From Aplysia californica (Eukaryota), in contig NW_004797311.1 of assembly GCF_000002075.1 (NCBI RefSeq), positions 1,581,517 to 1,633,176 on the forward strand: a stretch of 51,660 nucleotides of DNA, written 5' to 3'. Positions 25,676 through 37,269 of the stretch are shown here, piece after piece. A program made the translations under genes and the position numbers. The number at the start of each line of letters is the position of its first letter. The stretch's first letter is position 1. The notes beneath the pieces were generated by a model. It made no database searches, was not told the origin of the DNA, and saw only the letters and a program-made list of their open reading frames with translations.

Positions 25676-26181
25676 TGTAGAAAACAAAAATAAATGCAGA
25701 AAGGATCTTTTATCTCTTATCACAAAGTTAACTTGATTCCTAGGAATGCAGAAAAATCTTGCTTGAGGATTTCATCTACATTCCAGTGAATTTCCATCCA
25801 TGGCACTCTGTGAAATCACCTTACAGCAGTCTTTGATTGACCTAAGAATAATGAAAAACAAGAAAGAAAATCAAATCAAATATAGTTAATATAATATAAT
25901 ATATTTTTAAAACGCAAAGAGGGAAGTGGGAAGTATTCATTAGTGCAGGCGATATTGTCCTGAACTGGCATCCATTAGAGATGGTTCAATTGTACTTTAA
26001 ATACAAAGAGAGGGGCAAATTAAATTTTTAAAAAGACCCCCCCCCCAAAAAAAAAGGCCAGAAAAAATATGAAAATTTGTTTTTAAAGGAAATTATGATG
26101 AGATAAAAAAATTTAAAAAAATCAATGCAGAAACAAGAACTGGAGATCTCACAATTTGATGTCTCAATCCCATAGCCTACA

Positions 26182-26965
26182 CAGTCAAACCTGTCAAAGA
26201 TGACTATCCAATGTCAAGGAGAAAGGGGGTTATATCTTCTTAGACAGATGGTCCTCCTGGACTGTCATTGCGATACAGTAGTCTGTGCCTAAGATCCTGG
26301 TGCTTTGGAGGAAGGTGAACGTGGGGTCTTAGGTGAACAGGATTTTAGCTGATTCATCCAAGGTGAATCATGTCATAGTAAGGCCCACAATTGGTAAAAT
26401 GATATCTCCTTTCTTTGAAATCAACCCACGTGACCTCTAGGTGAGTTTTTATTAAGATTTATGGCAAGCAAAGAGTGGTTAACTATTATGACCAGGCACA
26501 AAGGCATGAAGCATGCCATTTTCACTTATCCAATCGTGAGTCTCAAGTTCTATGTCAATCTCAATGCTCGACTCCTTTAACTCTCCAAAATGTATAACTT
26601 GCTATCTCTGACCGAGTTCCCTGCTCATCTCAAAACCCACCACTGTTTGTGACAGCACCAATTAAAACCCAGTCTGTGCAGCAAATCCAGACATTCAGAC
26701 GAAAGACAACTGCTATGGTTAGGGAAACCGAAGCACCAAAGAGCGAACTGTTTGATATGATCCCATCTGATCAGGATGATTTGGGTGACTTTTACAGAGA
26801 AAAAATATTGTTTCCTTAACACAGTGGGATCTTAAGCAAACTGGGGTTGTAAGCAATGGGATCTTAGGTGGAGACTACTGTATAGAAAAAAATAAAAAGG
26901 GAGAAGTGAAAGTTTGTATAGAGGATATTGTCTTGGAAAGGTGGTCATTAAAGTAGGTTCAGTTG
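26182..26965 (+). mobile_element. MITE family C copy interrupted by a family A insertion
   Basis: CAGTCAAACCTGTC..CCAATGTCAAGGAGAAAG at left; AGGTGGTCATTAAAGTAGGTTCAGTTG-TA at right. Confidence 0.7.
26276..26880 (+). mobile_element. MITE family A, copy 4 (nested)
   Basis: TA-CAGTAGTCTGTGCCTAAGATCC ... GGATCTTAGGTGGAGACTACTG-TA. Confidence 0.85.
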
Positions 26966-27180
26966 TATTATATCCTATAAAAGTATTCAGTCTGCATTTT
27001 CAATTAATTTTTTTAAACAATAGAAACAGGTTCATGTCAGGCATACTAAAGAGTAATACAAATCTATGACAAGGACAGTGGTCTCTGATTAAGAACCTGG
27101 TCACCACGTGACAGAAAAAGCAGATTTTTAGGTGAACTAGGTTCTTAAGCAGATTTCAATGGATACATCCTAACTCCTAC

Positions 27181-27470
27181 CAGTACCACTTAGCTTCCCT
27201 TGTTGTTCAATGATAAATAAATGATCCGTAGGTTCTTTAAATGCAGAAGTGTCGAAGAAGGAGACCACTGTATTCGAATTTTGCTCAGGCAGCCATCCTG
27301 GGAAGGCCTGCTTTTTTTCAATTTCAACTACAGTACAACCCGGATTGGTCGAAGACAGATAACTCGAAATCACACATCTGTCGAAATGTGCCTGCGGTCC
27401 CGTTTTTTCTTCTTCTTTGTCTTTGTAAGAAAATTACGCGAAGCTCGAACACAAACACGGAATAGTCAAA
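27181..27470 (-). other. Candidate non-coding first exon of the ZNF gene
   Basis: CTG|GTAGGA donor at 27180; CpG-richer segment; would splice to the acceptor at 25841. The upstream boundary is a guess. Confidence 0.4.
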
Positions 27471-27479
27471 CTAATTACA

Positions 27480-28040
27480 ACACTGTAGAAGTCTAAAGTC
27501 AATGTACTTTGAGGTGCACTTGAGACAAAATAATAATAATAATCATAAAAACGGAAAAAGGCAAGGGCGGTAAATACTCTCCCCCCCCCCTCCACAGAAG
27601 CAATTAGCTGTGCTTTTTTTTGCGTGCTTAGGTCCTAGGCTTGTGTGGAGTAGGCGAGAGGAGGGGTTGTGTATCACAAGATTGGCAGCCCCACCCCTCT
27701 TTGCAAGAGGCTGCACACTTGTTGGGAGAGGTGGGGTAAGGCTGCATTGTTTCGTCGAGTTGTTGATTACTGTTGCAATATGCTTATTGTGGTGTAAACG
27801 CACCTTGAGAATAGAAGGACATGTAGTGTGAACACACCTTAATAATAATTATTGTGATGTAGGCCTAAGGGACGTATCACGTGACTGTGATTTCGTGCAA
27901 GAGGCGGGAAATCTGGTCACTCTCTCACTGAAGCCGAAGCGAGTAACATCGGCTAACGAAGAACTAGCAGACGACCAGCAGGTGGGGCCCCACCAACATC
28001 AACTATCATCTAGATCTACTACTCCAAGACTCAAGTAAGT
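27480..28040. promoter_or_regulatory. Putative, possibly bidirectional, promoter
   Basis: E-box TCACGTGAC at ~27877; E2F consensus GGCGGGAAA at 27903-27911; CCAAT at ~27681; + strand donor CAA|GTAAGT at ~28035. Confidence 0.45.
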
Positions 28041-30559
28041 CGTAACATAACACTTATCTTGTCAAATTGAATTGTTTATGTTCTGAAAAATTTGAAAAGG
28101 CACCATTCGATTGGTGCAGACTAATGACTGCCCACACTGACCAACGCAATTAAACTGTCTTGGTACCGGTAGGCCCATTACCGATCGAACTCAAAAGCGT
28201 TGCTCATCATGTTTCTCATTCTCAATTTGTCAATTTCAAATTCTCTCAAATTTCAAATTCAAGTCAATAGGCATAGATCTAACCTATCTAATCTAGGGCA
28301 ATGGTCGAAAAAAGAAAAATCTCCGTTCCGACCCAATCTTTGTTGCTTCCCTTGATTCTCTGACACAGCCAATGCATAACACTGTTCACGTATCCCTTAA
28401 ACTACTGAGGCTGGTCCCGACAAAACTCTATTGAGGTGTTCTTCATTATACATGCTCAACAAAGACAGATCTGAGGTCTGAGCAGTGAAGTGTTGTTGAT
28501 TGGACAAGCCAGTCAAATTACTGTAGGCTACACAATGAACTTTTAGTTGAAATCTTTCTTTTATCTGGATTTTTTTAGGGAATTAAATATTTCTCCAAAT
28601 ATACATGACCAAATAAAGAACTTCTGATTTATCATTTTGATTCACTATCTAAAGTGCGTGGTACAAATCTACCAGTCTGTGGTGAAACATTGTTTAGTAG
28701 GCTCTAATTTTTCTCTACTTTTATCACTCTATGTAAATCAAGTTTCAAAGAACATCAATCATCCCTTACGCGGAATACTTGTTCTTTGGTCTAGAAGTTG
28801 ACCATCAGGGAGGTAATCAGAAAAATGCCAACAAAGCCTGACAAGGAAAGTTGGTATTCTTTTACTTTCCTTCCCGTCTCACACTTAGCGACCAGTTGTC
28901 CATTTTCGACTAAATATTGATGTGCTGAACACGAATATCAACTTCATTTCCGTCGCACAATAGGTTTTTGGAATATTTTATTGTTCGTAATTGAGCTATA
29001 GATACATCACAATATGTCTAACTGCGTGATAATTTGCACGCTTTGGACCAATCCGGGGATTCCAGCCCCCCCCCTCCCCCTAGACCTAGAGTGACAAAAA
29101 AACAAACCCGGAGGGTTGTTTTAACCCAGAATTTGATGGTAGCCAGTCATTTCGTCATACGGTCATCTCGTCGCACCCCATCATGCATGAAATCTGATAG
29201 ATGGAGCCACCACACATTTCAAAAATAATTTTGAATTCAAGGTCCAGAAATTGCATAAAAATAGAGCAATTTCATTGACATAGAAGGCCACCTCTATTCT
29301 CACCCGGGGTGAGAATAGTGCAGGCGGGTCTTGTGGCTATTCTCACCCGGTGCGCGTGTCAACAAATTTTGCGTTCACCCTAAACCACAGAATTCTACAC
29401 TGTGATAAGAGAAAAATTGTAGAATTCTGTGCTGTGAACAAACGTTCCATTACAACTGTACTTGTAGCCTACTAAAAGCGTACAATTTTGTCTGTGGGCA
29501 GGGGAGAGAGAGAGAGTGAGAGAGAGAACAAAACAAAATGGCGACCCGCGTAGTTCGGCTCGATTCGAAAAGTTAAATAGCCGTAGCATCTTTGTAGACA
29601 ACCAAATTAATTTACTTTTGTGTTTTAACATCATTTTTAAACTTTGTTTTGGTCAATTTGATCGTCCACACCGATAGACAGTATTCAGAAAGAGACAGAG
29701 AGAGAGAGAAGAGGGGAGGAGTAGATCTTGTGAGAACTTCCGGGCGGGTGAGAATAGCCACTTTCGACATAGAAAGTGAAAGGTAAGGAAACATGGCGAG
29801 AATGAGAATGGGCATGGAGGACTGCTTTTTACGGTAGTCTAGCTAGATCTAGATCCAGATCTTGAAGTACTAGTACTAGAAGCCATCATGAAGTCTGCAA
29901 CTATAGAGGAGTTCTTAGACTTAGTTACCAATTAGTTTTGATTTTAACTTGCGTTGACTTCCAGTATCATCAGTTTACTGTGTAGGGAGCTATCATAAAA
30001 TAGTAGCCTGACAGACAAGATAAGTTGAGAAAGAGTAGCCTATCTACAAAACAAGCTGACTCTGACACCAAAACATCAAAAAAATCAAGTGAAGGAAAAA
30101 CAGGTCCACTCCACTTTCACCCAACAATCCCATTCCAAAAATTTGAGCAATATAAAACATAGATCTAGATTTAGATTCTAGTATCTTACCCTTCAAAATG
30201 GTAGGAATCTATTATACAGCACCAACAAATTTGGTAAATAGTAAATTCAATCAATAATATGACCATGGGGCCTCGCCTAGATTCTAGAGTACGATTGTCA
30301 TAGTCAACATTTTTGGCCGTTCCATTTCCCCCCCCTCCAGAATAGGATAATCACAACTGGTTCCAGCGGTCATTGGAGTGTGAGCTGGGGCATTAAAAAA
30401 AATAAAAATATTCCAGCATCTTCGTATTTTAACCAAAATCTAACAGTGAATACGAAAACATTAAACTTGATGAGCCAGCTACGCCAGAATTATCAGGTAA
30501 AATCAGTGGATGTAATACGTAATGTGACGATGGCAGTTGGACAGCAGACTGAACAGTTC

Positions 30560-30860
30560 AAAATACATTATGTGGTCGGATATTTAGGCCTAAGTCAAAT
30601 CGATTTGGTCCAAAGATATTATGATCCTTTAAACCAGCTTTTGTTTTGTTTTTGTTTTTTTGTACAGGTTGGTGTACTGTGCCATCAGAGCATACGACAC
30701 TGTTTGTTATGTTTAAGGGAAGGCGTTTCAGAAATTCCCATATATTTAGATTCGTCATATGGGCTACACAATGTCATCGATTGTGTTCAGCATGTTCTTG
30801 GGAAATGATCAGAATCAGACATTTGAATGCAGATGAAACATTCATCGACAGCTGACATGT
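30560..30860 (-). pseudogene. Possible hAT transposase remnant
   Basis: HCVAHMTNLNI (HCVAH at 30759-30773) matches the hAT C.AH.LNL motif; the flanks contain stops. Confidence 0.3.
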
Positions 30861-32200
30861 ATAGAGCTATTATATAACAGTTACCTCAGAATTTAGGACA
30901 ATGAAAAAATCCTAAGGCTTTTCATTTTTCAAGCAATCTCTTTGTTATTTGGTAAGTTCATCACAAAACTTTTGTCAACAAGAAAACTGCATACTTCAAT
31001 GAATCTAGACTCTAGTTTTGTTTTAGTAGTAGATTATTTTGTGTGCTACATTGGAAAAAACGCGAGAATTTTAGGGGGGAGGGTTAAAAAAAATTCCCCT
31101 GCAAAAACTTATTAGACTAGCCTAGGATATGATGTTGACAAAACGTTGCAATATGGTTGTAGATCTAAAGACATCTTGCGAAATTTGAACCCTATTGATA
31201 GAAAAATGTTGAAACCTTCATATTTTTAGTACTAAAATCTTATGAAATGAGACGTAATTTGTACGATAAGTGTGAGCAAAAAGCAACCTAAACATATATA
31301 ATATTCCTCTTGGTTGCCCAGGAATGATACAATGTAGTTCTTTCCATTCAAAACCCTATCTATTACATGTACCCTCAATTACACTGAAGACAGTTATGTA
31401 ACAGCAAACATTACACATATGGCAAATTAAAAAAGAGCCCAATTTTTTTTAGCTCCTTGCCTTAAGTGCTTTCTGTGTGCTGTGCTAAACAAGCTTGTGA
31501 CAGACTGAGCCAATGAATTCAATGATTGATAGGAAATCCTAGTTGCAGTGAGTGTAAAGAAAGGCAGATTTCCTCAGTTCTGTATCTTGCGACTTCCAAG
31601 TATACAGTAAACCTACTAGTATTGCATTACAATGAGGTATTATCTAAGTCCTCAAAATTATGCCTTTTTCTTTCACCTTGAGGATGATCTTGTCTTCACT
31701 TTTCTATTAGCTGCGATCCTCTGTCATCTCTTCCCAGGTTCACTAAAATTGATCTCAGTTGAGGTTCTTGCCGGCACCTTTAAACATGTTGTGCATCCTG
31801 AAAGTGGTCTTTACTTTCAAAATCTTTTCTCTTCCTCCAATTCTCCTAACTGGAGAAAGAAAAATCTCATTGTAACACGTCATATTAACTGTCATTATAT
31901 ATATATGACACCATGCTGAATATCCTTAGCACAAAAGACAAAATTGTGAAAACTGCGTTTTGTTGAAAATGTACTTTTAACCATGACGCTCATATTTTTC
32001 CTTATTGGCCTATTTCAGAAAAAGAGAGGATGCTTAATTGCTGTGGCTGCGCAAGAAATATTTTTGTTCAGTTGCTTTGATGTTGACTGCAGAGATTATA
32101 ATTTTTTTCCGGACAAATGACTCCAGCCAACTGTTGTGCCATTGATTTCTGTGTAAATAAAGGTCCCAGTACAGTGCATGTTTTTTTTTCAAGGGTAATG

Positions 32201-32980
32201 CAATGGAACTCAGATTCAATGAAGTCGTCGGGCCTGGCCTGTAAATTAGTTAAATTCGAGTGTTTGTTATGGCCAATATGATGAGGTTTTTCTGTTGATA
32301 ATTACAGGCACCGAGCAAGTAATGTATCTATTTGACTTTCTCAATTAAAAGTAGTTTGATTTTAAATGAGAGGCATTTTCGTTTCTTTGACACCAAAGAA
32401 TTGCTGGAAAATTCCAGGAAAATACACTTAACTCTACCAAGTACACACTGTCCAAAAAGGCCAACACATTCAAGTGCACGCCTGTGTTATCTATCATCTA
32501 TAACGTATTGTTTGCCAAACAAGTTATATTTCTGAGTAGAGCCTAGCATACAGCAAGGTTTGATTCCACAGTCCAGCAGGCAATTCATTACGTAGATCTA
32601 GGTCTATTTCAAGCTTAGCTTATCATTGTAATATTGATCAGAAACCGGGGAAAATATCTCTACTGACGTTCCACACCCAGACTGTTTGTACGCCCTCCCC
32701 CCATCCCCCCAGAAACACGCACACACAGTCATATGTCACATGTGTGCTGGCTGCCTATCCTAACCCAACACATGCGCTAAGACATGGGTGCATGATAACA
32801 GCACATGTGTTGATATAAAAAAGAGGCCGTTGATTGGTCGTATGCAGTATAGAGCAGTTCATTCTGCAAGCAACTTCATTGGATCCGAGCGTGCTCATTT
32901 ATGTGTTCGTTGAATCAGACTTATTTTCATGATTTTTATGAATAAAAAGATCGGGGAACCCAACACCTTTCGTTGAATCT
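32201..32980 (+). mobile_element. MITE family D, copy 1
   Basis: CAATGGAACTCAGATTCAATGAAG ... TTCGTTGAATCT; colinear with 41038-41953. Confidence 0.8.
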
Positions 32981-34320
32981 TTGGCAGTCATTTTCTCTCT
33001 AATTTTACCTCTGAATTCAGGTGATTCCTACCTCCTTCATTCGCAAATATCTCAACTTGTATTCAAGAAACATGGATATATAGTTTTCACCAAAAGCAAG
33101 ACAAATGAACAAGCTTTAGGATGACAACAATAACTCTAAACTCCCCAAAATTGACGAGAGCCAGATTCCACCGTACCGTGTCTTGACACATATATATACA
33201 CTAAAGTAAATATCATGCATAAAAATATCTAGGCTTAGATATATAATAGAATCTGTAGTATGCGTTTCACCACCATTAGAGGAATTGTACCATCTACTAG
33301 TCACATTTATTTACTATCACCCCCATCCAATCTACCAAAGGATAGCAATGATTGAAGAACAAGATATCAAAATAAGAAACAAAAAGAACAAAAAAAGAGA
33401 CAGGTTGGCTAGATGTATTTGCAAGAAAGCAGATAAGACAAAATAATATGAATAAATGGACAATGGGAAGTTGGGGAACGGACACAATGCTGAGTGACTG
33501 ACTGACTGACTGATGAGTAAATAAACAAGTGACTTAATACCCGGGCATAATAAAAACAAAACAACAACAAAATGCTTGGACTGTGTCAATATTTTCTGCA
33601 AAGGCCTTCTTGTGTCTTATGTCTGTCAAAATTTTGAAATATTCCTTTCTTGTACCTTAAGAAGCATATATGCCGTTAACAATCCCTCTTCAAAGACGTA
33701 TTTCCTGAGCATCTTTTTCAAACTGCATTCAGTTTCTTGGCATTTTCTTCAACTTTTTGTATCTGGAACAGTCTACAGGTACCATTCACATTCGTCAATA
33801 TTTTGTGTAGGTAAATAGTACACACATGATACAAGAGTGGACAACTACAAAAGAAGTTTAAAAGAAATTATATAGAGTCCTTTAAAGTCATTTTCAGCCA
33901 GTGAATGCACATGTACCGGCGGTACATCTCAGTCACAGATTAAACCGGTACCTCAGTCCTACTTTTTCTCTATAGATGTACTGGTGTAACATAAAAAAGA
34001 AAAGACATCAGGTTGAACTATTTTGAACAAATGTCAAGTTTAATATTTTGAGATTCCATTCCAAGCCATGAAAAACTTTGAGGGAAAAAAACATGAACCA
34101 TTAGAACTGGAATCAACATAGAATTAAAATTTGGGATCTGCATTAATTATACTTAGTTACAATGCATAAATGATCAAAGTTACATGATGCAAATAATTTG
34201 AAATAACAATAAGGACTTCTTTCCAACAATTTCAGCCAGACAAATGAATACAGATCTTTGAAACACCTGAGAAAAAACAATGTATTTTTACAATCAACAT
34301 TGACTTACGGAAAAGTAATT

Positions 34321-35147
34321 CAGTGGAGTCCACTTATAATGAATCCGGAAAAAACGAGAAGTCTGTTATAAAGACACGATTCTAAAACCCTGCTTTTTTT
34401 CTCTTCTTTACCTTTGTAAATAAAATACTGCTATAGCGCTATCAGACAAACACACGAGTCGGTTATAGTTATAGCGGAATATAGCTGCTGCTGTGCACAG
34501 TGCATGGGCCAATTATACACAAAGAAAAACCTCGCCAGTTGAGAAAGTTGTTGGTGATCTAGTGAAACAAAGAATAGGAGAGCCCACGTGTGCCAACAAT
34601 GAAGGCCGGAGCGACTGAATGGGGAGGGTGTGACATGCGCAAACAAGCAGAACGCATCGGGTGATAGGCCAGCGTAAGCCTAGTTTAGATTATCAAGGCC
34701 TACCATGCCTCTCACTTCTCCGATGTGGGGATGGAGAGGTTACAGCAATGTGATGGACGGAGCGAATGTGTGACGTGCGCAAGCAGATAGAATGCACCAC
34801 ATAGTGAGGTGGGGTGGGGTGGGGGGAAAACACAGTGGGCGAGTTAGCCCAGAGCCCTTTCTTTCTGATCGCCAACGCCGAGTTGTCAACATCGCTAGAT
34901 CTAGCGCTAGAGAAAGAAACCTGATTCGATTTTTGATCAAGTAAGATCTAAAGGTCACGTTGAAACAAAATCATCATCAGGGGAGATAGAAAAAGGAAAT
35001 AAACAGAACACCAAACTCATAGATTAGGCCTACTTTACAGTTTACCCTTTAATTTATTACTGGATCCCTTATAGTTATAGCGAGAATCCTGCTATAGCGG
35101 ACATTTTGCTCCGGTCCCCTCCCTCTCGTTATAACAGGATTCCACTG
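34321..35147 (-). mobile_element. MITE family B, copy A (uninterrupted)
   Basis: TIR CAGTGGAGTCCACTTATAA / TTATAACAGGATTCCACTG-TA; reverse complement is homologous to the copies at 44355 and 46782. Confidence 0.9.
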
Positions 35148-35506
35148 TATCTTGCAATTGTGACAATAGTAAAAAGGTCAAGCAATCGTCAAAATAACGT
35201 ACACAAGATCTTTCATCCAGCTCATAAACCTTTATCTTTAAGTATTCATTTGTATTGCAAATGAATAGAACTGGATCCATGGAACAGATGGCAAAAGATA
35301 GTAGCCAATGGAAAATATAACTCAGTATCAATCTCAAGACGAAAAAGACAAAGAATGACTAGGTAGAGAAGGTTTAACAACTGACAAGACACAAATTGAC
35401 AAAACAAAGTGAAGAACATCAACTTTGCCCTTGCATTCATTGCAACATACATTTTCTTGAACATTTGTCCAATGAGACACAAGTGCCACCATCACAAGAC
35501 ATTTAA

Positions 35507-35811
35507 TCCTTTGAGCCCTTGCGGAGGCGCGTGAAACTGCCTATATGCCTAGCCACCGGTACACCAGAGAGCGAGACCTTATTTCCAACCCGCTCAGCCT
35601 AGGACAAAATGCACACGGAGAACAGTGTTTACCACACAAAATGTTATTGGTCATTTTGGAGATCGTTCTGAATTAGATGCTGGTAATGACGAGGACTACC
35701 GTGAGTGGGATATGGAATGTGATTCTGACGATCTTATGGATGTTAGTAATATATTACTCAGGAGCTCAGGCAGAGAGGTATGGTAACCTCAGGAGGTCAG
35801 GGCTCAAAGGG
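35507..35811 (+). mobile_element. piggyBac-type non-autonomous element
   Basis: TTAA TSD on both sides; TIR (T/C)CCTTTGAGCCCT / AGGGCTCAAAGGG; internal acidic 58-codon ORF (ELDAGNDEDYREWDMECDSDD). Confidence 0.85.
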
Positions 35812-36106
35812 TTAAAGAAGACTACTCTGCACAGACACTGCTATCTGTCATGATGTAACAATGCCTACAAGTACGTTTGCCTACAAACTACATTCATCTC
35901 CATGGAAAATACAATTGTGTTAATGTTATCATACCCTTTTAAGATTACAATAAAGGATAAGAGGGGGGGGATGAAACATAAAAAGATGACATTGAAAGAC
36001 TGAGGAAAAAAATTATTGTTCAACTTGCGTTCTTGTTGCCGAGGTAAAAAAGAACAAATAAACAAATTCACCCCCTTGTGTGAGCTTATTGAAGTAATTG
36101 TCACCA

Positions 36107-36260
36107 AAATAACACCAAAGAATTAAATGGTTCGGATATCTCATGCGATTACCAAAACACCACCCAGCACAACGTGCCGACATTAAAAAAATGGATGGCA
36201 ACATGGCTGGAGAGCGACAGAGAAAGACAGAGTCAGGGAAACATTAACAATTCACGGCAT
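36107..36260 (+). mobile_element. RTE-like LINE fragment
   Basis: HQRIKWFGYLMRLPKHHPAQRA resembles the RTE C-terminal RL.WFGH..RM motif. Confidence 0.6.
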
Positions 36261-36327
36261 CCCCCTATCCCAGGCTCTCCGGCTGGTGGCAGAGAGACGT
36301 CTTTCTTCCCGCGACACCCAAAAGGGT

Positions 36328-36385
36328 ATTTTAGTTTAGTATGGGGTTTTACGGAGCTCGCAACTGCATAAGGTCACATGAGCCT
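36328..36385 (-). mobile_element. I/Nimb-type LINE or SINE 3' tail (second copy at ~38020-38078)
   Basis: Stem-loop of the form GGCGCTCATATGACCTT..GCAGTTGCGAGCGCC followed by an A-rich tail; two copies in the window. Confidence 0.55.
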
Positions 36386-36969
36386 ACGGAACACAAGGGT
36401 ATAATATAAGCGGCGGATAAAAGTAAAGTAAAGTCACCAAAATAGTCATTGCCTTAACATCAAGCACAGAAATAAAGCTTGGATTTGGTTTGAAATTAAC
36501 TTTACTGAAAGTGAGACCTTCCCTTAGACCACACACCAAAGAAAGGAGTCAAATTATCATCATTAGTCTGATCATCACTGAAAGCAAGGGATGTATGGAG
36601 AGATATATTAATATCTAGAGAGCTCAACCTCTTTCATTACCCACCCCTCTGTGGGTATTGAAGATCACACATACAGATGTCCTCCAAGGCTCTCATAATT
36701 TATGTACATTGCAACCTACAGTCAAATCATCACACTCATACTCCCATTTCTTATATCTTACATCAACCTCACCCACCACCAGTATTTTATTTCAGCATGA
36801 AAGGACGGAATCAATGTGAAGGATGAGGAGGGGGGGGGGGGGTTAGGGCACTGTGAAAATTTGACATTTCTTTTTTGTCCTACCTCCTTTGAAAAAAACA
36901 GTCTTGAGTAACACCACAAGAGGCAGTGAGCTAAAAATTAATTTAAAAATTACATTATACAGAGTGATA

Positions 36970-37269
36970 CAGTTGAAACTGTCTAAGATGGTCATCCATT
37001 GTCAAAGAGAAAGTGGTTGTCTTACACATATGGACGTCTTGGGCAGAACAGATGAAAATAAAGAAAACAAACCATTCCCTTTATAGGTATCAACCACCCA
37101 TTTATTTATTGTTTTCTTTTGAAAGGAGGGCAGAAAGGGAGGTTTGGGAGTTCATCTTGGGCAGTGCTAATATATATAAATAGAGAAAAAACGCAAGGGA
37201 GAAAGTGAGAAATGGTAATTTATACAGGTGATTGCTTTGGACAGGAGGCCATGAGGGAAGGTTCGATTG
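36970..37269 (+). mobile_element. MITE family C, short copy
   Basis: TA-CAGTTGAAACTGTCTAAGA ... GGTTCGATTG-TA; shares GATGAA.A.AA.AAACCATTCC with the copy at 18960. Confidence 0.75.
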
